From a virus (taxonomy: Duplodnaviria; Caudoviricetes), in the IMG/VR virus record IMGVR_UViG_3300021376_000078, positions 1-54,586 of that record: 54,586 nucleotides of DNA; one strand, given 5' to 3'. Positions 1 through 10,600 of the stretch are shown in pieces. How positions within the stretch are numbered: the first letter of the stretch is position 1; each line of letters opens with the position of its first letter. The notes under the pieces were generated by a model. The model was given only the letters and a program-made list of their open reading frames with translations, searched no databases and had not been told where the DNA came from. The position numbers and the translations under genes are program-made.

Positions 1-173
1 ACTTTCAAATCACCAGCAACTTCTACATCACCTGTTCCACTAAATGTGAGGGCAGTTGTGCCACCATTCATCTTAATATCATTACCGGTTACTTTCAAAT
101 CACCAGCAACTTCTACATCACCTGTTCCACTAAATGTGAGGGCAGTTGTGCCACCATTCATCTTAATATCATT
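1..173. repeat. 90-bp period tandem repeat (83 identical nt at 1-83 and 91-173) encoding a 30-aa unit NDIKMNGGTTALTFSGTGDVEVAGDLKVTG
   Basis: Direct sequence comparison. Confidence 0.95.
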
Positions 174-701
174 GCCACCAACAGTAATATCGCCTGTTAA
201 AGTTACATCAACAAATGTTGGACTGTCTCCTGTTTGTAGACCGGTATCAACATCTGTATTTACACCGTTAATTGTTGCACGAACCGTGCCTTGTGATGGT
301 GAACTAAATGATGAACCACTAACTGTTCCACTTGGAAAATTAACATTTAGTGTTTCACCACCAACTGCGGATAAACCATCACCCGCAATATCAGTTAATA
401 AATTTGATAATGTAATTTTCTTATTACCACTTGTTGCATCACCGGCATCATCATTTACAAAAAATTTGTCTGAACCTGCAAGTGTTGTTTTTGCAGTTGA
501 AGGAAATGTTGCAGTTGCAGTAACACCTGTTAAACCAGTACCATCGCCTGTGAATGAACCCGTGAAAGAACCAGTCAATCGGGTATTTGCGTGTGTTGGT
601 TGAATTTGTTGATTAGTACCGACTAACACACCAACCGAAGCGCTAACCGCTGCTAATTCGGCTACACTACCCGATACTATGATTTTTTTCCACGTTGCCA
701 T
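1..701 (-). CDS. Partial (3' truncated) tail fibre-like virion protein, MATWKKIIVSGSVAELAAVSAS...
   Basis: Not in the ORF track because it runs off the window. ATG at 701 with GGAG upstream; frame open to the window edge; TGSFTGSFTGDGTGLTGV fibre-type motif and 30-aa repeats. Confidence 0.8.
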   Translation of the reverse strand, partial: MATWKKIIVSGSVAELAAVSASVGVLVGTNQQIQPTHANTRLTGSFTGSFTGDGTGLTGVTATATFPSTAKTTLAGSDKFFVNDDAGDATSGNKKITLSNLLTDIAGDGLSAVGGETLNVNFPSGTVSGSSFSSPSQGTVRATINGVNTDVDTGLQTGDSPTFVDVTLTGDITVGGNDIKMNGGTTALTFSGTGDVEVAGDLKVTGNDIKMNGGTTALTFSGTGDVEVAGDLK

Positions 702-725
702 TTAATTCTCCAAAAATTATATTGT

Positions 726-2225
726 TTATATGAATAAATATAGATTACTTCCTGAAATTATTAAACTTCCGGTTGAATATATTATGGGAAGTTCACTTAT
801 TGTGGGTAATATAAAATTACTATTTACGTTTATACTATCTATGTTTAGACTACCAGTTATATTCATAGATCCAGTTATTTGGTGAATATCATCTAAACTA
901 TCACCAAATTTTGTTGATCCAGATATTAAAAGTGTTTGATAATTAACTACGGATGATGATATTACATAAGTTCTTGCAGTTATTGTTCCGCCTACTAAAA
1001 GGTTTCCGTCAAAATTTGCATTTGTTGCATATAATGTTGAAAATCTAGGTGAATCACTTTCTGCCAAACCTAATACACCCCTTTGACCTGATCCAGAAAT
1101 AATGTTTGTTCCAAATAAATGTGAAAGTGTTTGTGTAGAAGATGATACTATACCACTTGGTTTATTGAGTATATTATCCCAATAAACGCTACCACCCAAT
1201 TCACCATCAGTAACAAATCCTAAATCTTGAATTTGTTGTGAAGATGAAATTACACCAGAAAATACACCACTAAAAAGTGGAGCAGTAATTGTTCCTTGTG
1301 ATGTAAGTGAACCACTTAAAAATAATGAACCAGTAAATTGGTGAGTATCATCTATTGTGTCACCGAATGCAGTTGAACCGGATGCCTTAATTGATTGTAT
1401 ATCAACGATTGATGACGATACCACATAAGTTCTAGCAGTAAGAGTTCCATCAATAAATGCATTACCATCTATTGTTAAATTACTACCAGATATATTTCCA
1501 AATACAACATTATCATTTGTTCCCAATCCAATAGAACTTCTTTGTGTAGAAGATGATACTATTCCAGTTCCACTCAATACTTGAACTGAACTTGATACAA
1601 TTCCACTTGGTTTATTTAGAATTTCATTCCATACACTTGAAGTAATAAATCCAAAGTTTTGTATTTGTTGTGAAGATGATATTGTGCCAGCAGCAACAAG
1701 ATTTGTCAATCCACTACCGTCACCAACAAATGTTCCATATACGGATCCTGATATAAATACCGAACCGGTAAATTGATGTGTGTCCAATATATCATTTCCG
1801 AATATATTTGAACCACTACTGAATGATTGGGTTACATTTATTACCGATGATGAAATAATTAACTGTCTAGCAGTTAAATCACCAGTTAGAGTTAAGTTAC
1901 TAAATGTTGGTGAGTCAGTTGTAGCAAGACCAAGCACTCCTCTTTGAGCAGAACCTGATATTACATTTGTCCCAACAAGGTGTGAAAGGGTTTGAACAGA
2001 TGATGATACTACACCATTAGGTAATGATGCCGCACCGATATTGGTTAATTGAGAACCGTCACCCTTAAAATAGTAAGCATCTACGGTTCCAGATACAGCC
2101 AATAAAGTAACAAGAGATCCAGTTCCGTCAAGAAGTGTTGAGTCATCAACAGGATCCGTTTGAAGTAATCTATAATAAGACTCGGAAACAAATAGATTGG
2201 TTAGGTCTCTTTGTGAACTTGGCAA
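726..2225 (-). CDS. Repeat-built tail fibre / virion structural protein
   Basis: 499 aa, TTG start; three ~140-aa units containing SSSxQ...LTAR...SSS...FGD...DTHQFTGS. Confidence 0.7.
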   Translation of the reverse strand: MPSSQRDLTNLFVSESYYRLLQTDPVDDSTLLDGTGSLVTLLAVSGTVDAYYFKGDGSQLTNIGAASLPNGVVSSSVQTLSHLVGTNVISGSAQRGVLGLATTDSPTFSNLTLTGDLTARQLIISSSVINVTQSFSSGSNIFGNDILDTHQFTGSVFISGSVYGTFVGDGSGLTNLVAAGTISSSQQIQNFGFITSSVWNEILNKPSGIVSSSVQVLSGTGIVSSSTQRSSIGLGTNDNVVFGNISGSNLTIDGNAFIDGTLTARTYVVSSSIVDIQSIKASGSTAFGDTIDDTHQFTGSLFLSGSLTSQGTITAPLFSGVFSGVISSSQQIQDLGFVTDGELGGSVYWDNILNKPSGIVSSSTQTLSHLFGTNIISGSGQRGVLGLAESDSPRFSTLYATNANFDGNLLVGGTITARTYVISSSVVNYQTLLISGSTKFGDSLDDIHQITGSMNITGSLNIDSINVNSNFILPTISELPIIYSTGSLIISGSNLYLFI

Positions 2226-2289
2226 TTATTCTCTCTCATAGTGTGTGTATGTATTGATACATTCTCACTATAAATATGTAAAAGATTTT

Positions 2290-5200
2290 TTATCCAATGA
2301 TAATTACTTTGTATTGGTTAACATCAACTGCTGCACCAAATACCAATTGAACTGTATCTGCATCTATTACGGTTGCCGTATAAGATGTAACATTTCCCGG
2401 AATTACTGCAGCCATTGGATATAATAATTGGTCTGTACCGATGTCTCTAACTGATACCATAATATCCGTACTGTTTACAGTATGAACAACATCATATGTA
2501 TCTAATATTCCATCACCGATTGTAATTGTATCTTTTGTAGTTCCACTTATTCCAGATGAACCTGCTGAACCAGATGATCCTGGAACTCCAGGAGATCCTT
2601 GAGCACCAGCACTACCTGAAGAGCCAGATGTACCAAATGTTTGACCGGATGATCCAGCAGTACCACCTTGACCGGATGATCCAGCAGTACCACCTTGACC
2701 GGAAGTTCCACCAGTACCTCCTGCTCCAGAAGTACCAGATGTTCCTCTTGTTCCAGAAGTACCAGATGTTCCAGATGTGCCTGTTGTTCCAGATGTACCT
2801 GTTGTTCCAGATGTACCTGAAGTGCCTGCTGTTCCTGAAACACCATTTGATCCAGAAGTTCCGTTTGTTCCACTCACTCCAGAAGATCCCGATGATCCGT
2901 CTGAACCAGCACTACCGGATGATCCGTCTGTACCATTTTTACCGTTTGAGCCAGAAGTTCCAGCAGTACCAGTATTGCCAGATGTACCGCCAGTTCCACC
3001 ATCACCTGACCGAGCAAATGTTATTATTATACTATCACTATTAGCAAATGTTCCAGAACTAACTACATGAGAAACATTTATTTTTTTATATCCCGTAGCA
3101 GTTATATTATTAGTTGTGATATTAAATACTACAAATGTAGATGAATCATATTCCTTAAATATACGAATTGTTCCTCTAATAGAATTAGTAGAATCATCTA
3201 ATGAGGCAATCCAAGTTGATGATATATCAACGCCAGAAGAATTTAAATCGTCTATAAAAATTTGTGTGACATTAGAATATGTTGCATTGTTAAATTTTAA
3301 ATTCCCATTAATAGTATCAGTATCATCAGTATTTGTATTAAAAATATATTTCTGACTGTTACCACCAAAAAGTCCAGAAGATCCACTTGTTCCAGCATTT
3401 CCACTAGTTCCATTTGTTCCAGAAGCACCAGCTGTTCCGGATGTTCCATTTGTTCCTGATGTTCCAAATGTACCATTTTCACCGGAAGAACCTGATGTTC
3501 CAGGATTACCAGTATCTCCTTTACCACCGGATGATCCAGATGATCCATCCGAACCCGCACTACCTGATGTTCCTGATGTTCCATCTGTTCCAGAAGTTGC
3601 AGATGTTCCCGATGTTCCAGGTATTCCCTGACCCCCACTAGTTCCATTTGTTCCAGAACTACCAGCAGTTCCAGTAGTCCCACTACTTCCAGAAGAACCA
3701 GAATCACCGGAAGATCCCGATGTTCCTGAAGGACCCATCACACCATTTGATCCGGATGAACCAGCAGTTCCTGAAGTTCCAGATGTTCCCGGAACACCAG
3801 TATCTCCCTTTACACCAGAAGATCCAGATGATCCATCCGAACCCGCACTACCTGATGTTCCTGATGTTCCATTTGTTCCAGAAGTTGCAGATGTTCCCGA
3901 TGATCCAGGCATTCCCTGAATCCCACTAGTTCCAGATGTGCCATTGGTTCCAGATAATCCCGATGTCCCAAATGTACCATCCGTACCGGATGAACCACCA
4001 CTTCCACTTGTACCATTAATACCGTTTATACCACTTGATCCGGATGTTCCACCGGTTCCAGATGATCCAGATGTACCACGATCTCCACTTGTTCCAGAAC
4101 TTCCATTTTCACCAGATGATCCAGACGTTCCATTTTCGCCGGATGTGCCTGTGGTTCCAGATGATCCAGACGTTCCATTTTCGCCGGATGATCCGGATGT
4201 GCCACCAGAACCGGTATCTCCTTTTATACCAGATGATCCAGCTGTTCCGGATGTTCCATTTGTTCCTGATGTTCCAAATGTACCATCTGAACCATCAATT
4301 CCAGATGATCCAGCAGTTCCAGATGTTCCATATGTTTGACCAGATGATCCAGCAGTTCCAGATGTACCGGATGTGCCCGCATCACCGGTATCTCCTTTTA
4401 CACCATTTGTTCCAGATGTACCATTTTGTCCGTTTGTTCCAGATGTACCATTTTGTCCGTTTGTTCCAGATGATCCATCTGTTCCTGATGATCCAGATGA
4501 ACCAGATAATCCAGAAGATCCTGAAGATCCTGAAGATCCAGATGAACCATTTACTCCAGCTAAAGATATTGACCACGTTGAATATGTGCCACTACCAACA
4601 CTTCCATCTATATTAACTACAAATTGACCATTTCCACTATTGTACGAAGTAACTACACCAAGCATTTTATTATTAGAATCATATGCAATAATAATAACTT
4701 GACCTACAATAAAAGACAAATTAGTTTCCACTGTAAATGTTTTTGATCCAGTTCCAATCGTATTACTAGTGCTTGATGATGTTGTATACTTATCACCAGA
4801 AAATCCAGATGAACCCGTACTACCACTTGTTCCAGATGTACCGGTTGTTCCAGATGTGCCTGTTGTTCCAGATGTACCGGTTGTTCCAGATGTGCCTGTT
4901 GTTCCAGATGTACCGGTTGTTCCAGATGTGCCTGTTGTTCCAGATGTACCTGTTGTTCCAGATGTACCAGATGATGCACTTGATCCTGATGTTCCAGAAG
5001 TTCCAGAGCTTCCACCACTTCCAGATGTCCCATATGTTTCACCGGATGTACCAGAAGTACCCGTTGTACCAGATGTACCGGTTGTTCCAGATGTACCGGT
5101 TGTTCCAGATGTGCCTGTTGTTCCCGATGTACCATCTATACCGGAAGAACCTGATGTACCGGTTGTTCCAGATGTACCATCTATACCGGAAGAACCTGAT

Positions 5201-7611
5201 GTACCGGTTGTTCCAGATGTACCGGTTGTTCCCGATGTACCAAATGTTTCACCGGATGTACCAGAAGTTCCTGAAGTTCCAGCTGAACCAGTAGAACCTT
5301 GAGAACCATTTTCTCCAGAACTACCGCTTGTTCCAGATGTGCCCGAAGTTCCAGATGTACCATATGTTTCACCAGATGATCCAGAAGATCCTGATGATCC
5401 AGAAGATCCTGATGATCCAGAAGATCCTGATGATCCAGAAGATCCAGATGTGCCACCAGAACCGGCAGTTCCAGATTGGCCAGATGAACCATCTGATCCG
5501 GATGATCCACTTGTTCCGGAAGAACCTCCGGATCCACTTTCACCAGAACTACCATTATTTCCAGATGAGCCACCTGTTCCGGATGATCCATCCGAACCGG
5601 ATGAACCGTTTGATCCATTAGCACCACCAGCACCGGGAGCACCTTGAGCACCGGATGATCCATTCGTTCCCGATGTACCATTTGCTCCAGGGGAACCAGA
5701 TTCACCTGATGATCCGTTGGTTCCATTTGAACCAGTAATAGTAGTAGCATTGTGTGCATAAGATGCAGATATTGCATATCCTGATGTTCCTGCTACTGAA
5801 CCTGTTAGATTTCCTGTAAATTGGCCATTGAATGAACCGGTAAATCTACCACCATTTATTGTGGTATCATTACCAGCTGCATATAGATTACCGCCAACAA
5901 AAGGAATTCCTGTTTTGATGAAACTTTTATCTGCGGGTTTAGATGTAAAATCAAAAAATTCAAATTTAAAATCTAAATATTCATTTCTATGAACATTTTT
6001 AATAGGAACGTATAGAATAGTATTACTAGGTGAAAACCCTAAATCTAATTTTTCTTTAATAGATATATCGGATATTGTTGCATTATCTCTCATTAAAAAT
6101 TTTAATACACCGTTACCGCCAAAATTTGGAACTATTGGAATTGAATAATTAAAAGCAACAGCACCATTTGATCCAGTTCCAGGTACATCACCCAAATACT
6201 TTCCGTGTGGTGAATTATTTACAAATGCACTTCCTTCAATATAAACTGCAATTTTTTGCGGTCTAGTATCTTGTTGCGGTGTACCTAATGAATAATTAAA
6301 TGACAGATTGTAAACAGAATTTGCAACAAAAGTTGTTGCATAACTGGATGTTTGTATTAGTAAATGTTCTTGATTTCCAGAAAGAGTAGATCCTATGGAT
6401 GGAACAAGTTGTATTCCATTTGGAATAAACCTTGAACTGGTTACTTTTGTAGCACCCGGAGCACCGTTTATTGCTTCAACTCTCCAATAATTAACAGGAT
6501 CAATTGAAGATGTGGTTGTTGATCCCGAAACTGTCAATATCAATTTATTATCAAAAACTCCCAAAGGATTTTCAATTATATTATTATTTGACTCAACTAA
6601 TGTATTTTTTGGATAAACCTCACCATCATAAGCCAATTCAAATTCACTTGATGGGCGGAATGAACTTTTCGTATGAACTTTTACCCTTGTTACCTTACCA
6701 GTATCTACATCTAAATTAGTAATATCTATTTTAGCATACGGTTTAAGATTTTCCGTTATTACCCTTTGTTTTGAACTATCATTATATTCAATCACATAGT
6801 GTTGCTGTTGTATAGAAGTGACTGGTTTTAATAAACCTCTATCTCTTCCGAAAGATGCGGTTACAAACATTCTATCTTCAAGAGTTATTCTTGCTGGAGC
6901 ACGGAATGCCGCAACAGAAGTTTTAAATGGTTGATCACCGTATGCTCTAGATCCAGATGGAAATGTTAGTTTTGATAGAAAAGGAAAGGATACAGTTCCA
7001 CCTTTCATTTCAGGTTTGAATTCATTTTTACCGTCAATTAATGAAACAGAATCTGCATTATACGAATAAGATCCAGTTCCACTTAATTTTTTTAATTTTT
7101 TGTCATCAAATTTTTCTTCAATAACATAAGAAGAAATTTCTTTTATATCAAATGAAGGGGTTTTTGAAAATATAATTTTTGAGTCATTTTTTTCAAAAGA
7201 ATTTAAATTCATCCTATGGATGTACTTAAAATTTCTACTAACTACGTCGTTCCTTGGAAGACTTTTTAATGATAAATCATGGGATGCCGTTCCAACAAAT
7301 ATAATACTAATTTCACCAATAAGGTTTATATCATATATGTATATTGATAAAATTCTAGATCCATCAACATCCAATTTATTTGTACTTTCATAATAAATTG
7401 TTCTACCATTACTAGCAACAATATCAATTTCAATTGGAAAGTTTGATGATAGATATTTAAAATTTGGCTTATATGTAAAATGATTTTTACCAGATTTTAT
7501 CAAATTTTGTTTTGAAGTTACATTGATAAAATTAGGAGAATTTGAAGTTTTATCTTCAAATCGTGTACGAACTCTGCCCAAATTTTTACTTTGTAATTCT
7601 CGTCTTATCAT
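2290..7611 (-). CDS. Large virion protein with a globular N-terminus and long Gly-X-Y (Ser/Thr/Asn-rich) collagen-like or PPII-like tracts
   Basis: 1773 aa; Gly at every third residue over most of about aa 625-1695, split by two non-repetitive inserts; lies among fibre genes. Confidence 0.8.
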   Translation of the reverse strand: MIRRELQSKNLGRVRTRFEDKTSNSPNFINVTSKQNLIKSGKNHFTYKPNFKYLSSNFPIEIDIVASNGRTIYYESTNKLDVDGSRILSIYIYDINLIGEISIIFVGTASHDLSLKSLPRNDVVSRNFKYIHRMNLNSFEKNDSKIIFSKTPSFDIKEISSYVIEEKFDDKKLKKLSGTGSYSYNADSVSLIDGKNEFKPEMKGGTVSFPFLSKLTFPSGSRAYGDQPFKTSVAAFRAPARITLEDRMFVTASFGRDRGLLKPVTSIQQQHYVIEYNDSSKQRVITENLKPYAKIDITNLDVDTGKVTRVKVHTKSSFRPSSEFELAYDGEVYPKNTLVESNNNIIENPLGVFDNKLILTVSGSTTTSSIDPVNYWRVEAINGAPGATKVTSSRFIPNGIQLVPSIGSTLSGNQEHLLIQTSSYATTFVANSVYNLSFNYSLGTPQQDTRPQKIAVYIEGSAFVNNSPHGKYLGDVPGTGSNGAVAFNYSIPIVPNFGGNGVLKFLMRDNATISDISIKEKLDLGFSPSNTILYVPIKNVHRNEYLDFKFEFFDFTSKPADKSFIKTGIPFVGGNLYAAGNDTTINGGRFTGSFNGQFTGNLTGSVAGTSGYAISASYAHNATTITGSNGTNGSSGESGSPGANGTSGTNGSSGAQGAPGAGGANGSNGSSGSDGSSGTGGSSGNNGSSGESGSGGSSGTSGSSGSDGSSGQSGTAGSGGTSGSSGSSGSSGSSGSSGSSGSSGSSGETYGTSGTSGTSGTSGSSGENGSQGSTGSAGTSGTSGTSGETFGTSGTTGTSGTTGTSGSSGIDGTSGTTGTSGSSGIDGTSGTTGTSGTTGTSGTTGTSGTTGTSGTSGETYGTSGSGGSSGTSGTSGSSASSGTSGTTGTSGTTGTSGTTGTSGTTGTSGTTGTSGTTGTSGTTGTSGTSGSTGSSGFSGDKYTTSSSTSNTIGTGSKTFTVETNLSFIVGQVIIIAYDSNNKMLGVVTSYNSGNGQFVVNIDGSVGSGTYSTWSISLAGVNGSSGSSGSSGSSGLSGSSGSSGTDGSSGTNGQNGTSGTNGQNGTSGTNGVKGDTGDAGTSGTSGTAGSSGQTYGTSGTAGSSGIDGSDGTFGTSGTNGTSGTAGSSGIKGDTGSGGTSGSSGENGTSGSSGTTGTSGENGTSGSSGENGSSGTSGDRGTSGSSGTGGTSGSSGINGINGTSGSGGSSGTDGTFGTSGLSGTNGTSGTSGIQGMPGSSGTSATSGTNGTSGTSGSAGSDGSSGSSGVKGDTGVPGTSGTSGTAGSSGSNGVMGPSGTSGSSGDSGSSGSSGTTGTAGSSGTNGTSGGQGIPGTSGTSATSGTDGTSGTSGSAGSDGSSGSSGGKGDTGNPGTSGSSGENGTFGTSGTNGTSGTAGASGTNGTSGNAGTSGSSGLFGGNSQKYIFNTNTDDTDTINGNLKFNNATYSNVTQIFIDDLNSSGVDISSTWIASLDDSTNSIRGTIRIFKEYDSSTFVVFNITTNNITATGYKKINVSHVVSSGTFANSDSIIITFARSGDGGTGGTSGNTGTAGTSGSNGKNGTDGSSGSAGSDGSSGSSGVSGTNGTSGSNGVSGTAGTSGTSGTTGTSGTTGTSGTSGTSGTRGTSGTSGAGGTGGTSGQGGTAGSSGQGGTAGSSGQTFGTSGSSGSAGAQGSPGVPGSSGSAGSSGISGTTKDTITIGDGILDTYDVVHTVNSTDIMVSVRDIGTDQLLYPMAAVIPGNVTSYTATVIDADTVQLVFGAAVDVNQYKVIIIG
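2545..5735. repeat. Degenerate 9/18-bp coding tandem repeats (e.g. TGTTGTTCCAGATGTACC, GATGATCCAGAAGATCCT) with larger internal duplications
   Basis: Visible periodicity; an ~80-bp block near 3540-3617 recurs near 3828-3905. Confidence 0.9.
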
Positions 7612-7622
7612 CTATTTCTCAA

Positions 7623-10600
7623 TTATGTCTCTATTTTAGAAAATCCGTTTTCTTTTTTAATCTCAATGTGATTGTCCACCATGTCACGAACACTATCTAT
7701 GTGTGATATAAGTATCACAAACTCAAATTGTGTTTTCAAATACTCCATGAACAGAGAGAAGTTTGCCATAACTGTTGGATCAAGAACACCCAATCCTTCA
7801 TCTATTGCAATAAAGTTTGGTCTTGGTAAAGACGAAACTTGTATCAATGCTGTTCTTATGGCAAGTGATGAAATAAATTTTTCCATACCACTTGACAATT
7901 CCAAATTCCAAAAACGGTCATCGTCATATACTATGTATGTGTTAATACTCTTTCCGTCTGTATCAAATAGGACTTGAAAATCAACCACATTTGCCAATAT
8001 ATTATTTGTTTCTTCTTGAATACTTGGCAAAGCATTACTTATCAATTCATACGGAACACCGTTTCTATTTACCGCCTTCAAATAATAATCGTATGCTTCA
8101 TATTCTTTTTCAAGGTCTTTCAACTTTTGTATAGATACTTCACATTCATCTATTACCTTTTCACTAACCTTTACATTTCCATTATACTCTAAAATACTTT
8201 CATCAATTTTCTTCAATTCAACTTTTAATAGAGTATTCTTTTCAGTTTCCAATTCATCAATTTCTGATTGAATTTTGTTATTCTGATTGATGGCATCTTC
8301 ATTTTCTTTATACTTTTCAATCTGAATATCTATGTTACCAATTTCATCATGTATTCTTTTCTGTTCTTCTTTTGCAGAAAAAATTTGTTTTTCTACCGAA
8401 TAAATTTGTTTCTCATATTTGAAAGCACTATTTTCGAGAGAATGTAATTTTTCTAATTCAGAATAAACGGGTGAATTTTTTGTAAATTCCTCGTTCAAAT
8501 TACGCAATTCAAAATTCAATTCATCTCTGTCTTGTTCAAATCCCCAAATCTGTGATTTTGCTCTTTCTGCATCCTTAACAAAAACATTATTTACACAAAA
8601 CTCACAGTTTGGATCATACTCATGGTCTTTCAAATTATCAATTTTATCTTGACAATGTTGGACTTTTAACTTTACACTACGCAAATCAGCTTCAAGTTCT
8701 GTTATTCGGTTACGAACAATGTCAATCCTTTCTTTCTTTTCCATAAGAGTTTCTTTATCAAACTCTTTTGATAAACCAATATACTTTTCATGTGATGTTT
8801 TTGCATCACCCAATTCATCCTCTAATGACTTTATTTCATTTATTAAATCATTACTCTTTCTATCTAATAAATATCTCTTATCTAATAATGATTGGACAGA
8901 TTTGGAAGAAAAATTGTCTGCAATCGGTATTAGTTTTTTATTTAATTCGGAAATGAAAACGGTTAATTTTTCTATTTTTTTCTCAATATAACCCTTCTGA
9001 TCAGTTGTTTCTTCCAAAAGTATTGTATTTGCTTTATGAATACCAATGGCATCTGCTAATTTTGTTGAATGGTCTTGTTTCTTAAATTCCTTGACCAATG
9101 CCTGTAATCCCTTCACTTCATCCGTAGCAATAGAATTTAGTTCCTCAAATAAATTTAAGTCAAAGAATTGTGCCAACAAATCCTTTCTATCCTTTTGTGC
9201 TTTATCTACGAAGTTTGTATTATTACCTTGCAATGACATTGCCGTTAGGACAAAATCATCATAAGTTCCGATATACTTCCGTATGGCGTAATTAGTCCCA
9301 TCACGGTCTTCGCCGTTGAGTGATACCAAATCACCGTTTTCTTCATACCAAAAATCTACATTAACTTTTACATTTCCTTTCTTTTCTTTCGTGGCAACTC
9401 TCTTTATGTAAAAGTTTTTCTCACCAATCATAAAATGTAGTTTACATTGAAAGTTATCTTTTTTATTATTGAGAACTTGTGCTGCTTTGAATGTTCTCGA
9501 GCATTTATCAAATAGACAGAACATAATTGCATCAAGAATGGAAGACTTACCACTTGCATTTGGTGCAAACAATCCGTATATTCCATTCATCCCATCTAAT
9601 TGTATTCTATTACCCTTACCGTATGAAAACATATTTTCAAATTCAAATGAAATTGGTTTCCATATAAGATTACGAACAACATCACTTTCTGATAATTTGG
9701 TATTTACATTTCTATTTATACCCCTAATCTTTTCAAGTATATCGTCTGTTACTGAAAACTTATCGTTTACATAATTAGTAATAAGTTTGTTTTGGTATTC
9801 AACATCACGAATTTTACCAATTGGATTTACTTTTGTTTGAACATTACCATTACTTGAACCAACAAGATGTTGTGTCCTAATATCTATAACATTTGTCAAT
9901 GATTTTAGTTCAGTCATTATTTGATTAACTTCTGAATGTTGTGTGTTTGATATTCTCAAACGAATAGAATTATACTTTGTCCACTTTGTTGGCAACTTTT
10001 TAATTTTACCGTTTTCAACATCAATAGTGTGATATGACCAATCGTTTTCAATTTCAATAAACTTTGATTTTTTATTCTTAATATCCCATTCAATGATACC
10101 GTGAACTAAACCTTCACCATAATTTTGTTGTATGAGTGAACCCGCATAAGCAAACTTACCATCAACATCAAGATATTGAAACTTATGAATATCTCCAAAC
10201 ATACCATAGTCGAACCCATCAAACATTTCAATCTTTACATCATTGTGTTTCATAAGAACACCGGCATCGGTTGCTGCTCTATCAACTGGTCCATGATACA
10301 ATACTATTTTTGCTCTATCACTTTGAACATCATTTGCTAAAATAAAGTCTTTTGGATTTTCGTAAACAGAATTAAGAAAAAAATCAACATTCTCCAATGA
10401 GTATACACCGGTTTGTTTTAGATAAAATAATTCATTCATTTCACCATTTATCATAGAAACAATCGGTGAAAGTGCATCCATTCTACTCATGTTATTCAAG
10501 TTACAGTCGTGATTACCTGCAATCAAAATTGTTGGTGCAATTCTTGAAAGAGTATCAAGAAATTCAGTAACCATATTAACAAGTTCAGGTGTCATGTCTG

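Noticed and set aside
46-603. 185-aa plus-strand ORF
   Set aside because: Antisense shadow of the minus-strand fibre gene starting at 701, which has an SD and fibre motifs.
2545-5735. Possible CRISPR array
   Set aside because: Repeats are 9/18-bp coding units without unique spacers, and no cas genes are present.
2547-5777. Many overlapping ORFs with PDVPVV, MFQM or HLEQ repeats
   Set aside because: Alternative-frame and antisense by-products of the stop-poor Gly-X-Y repeat.
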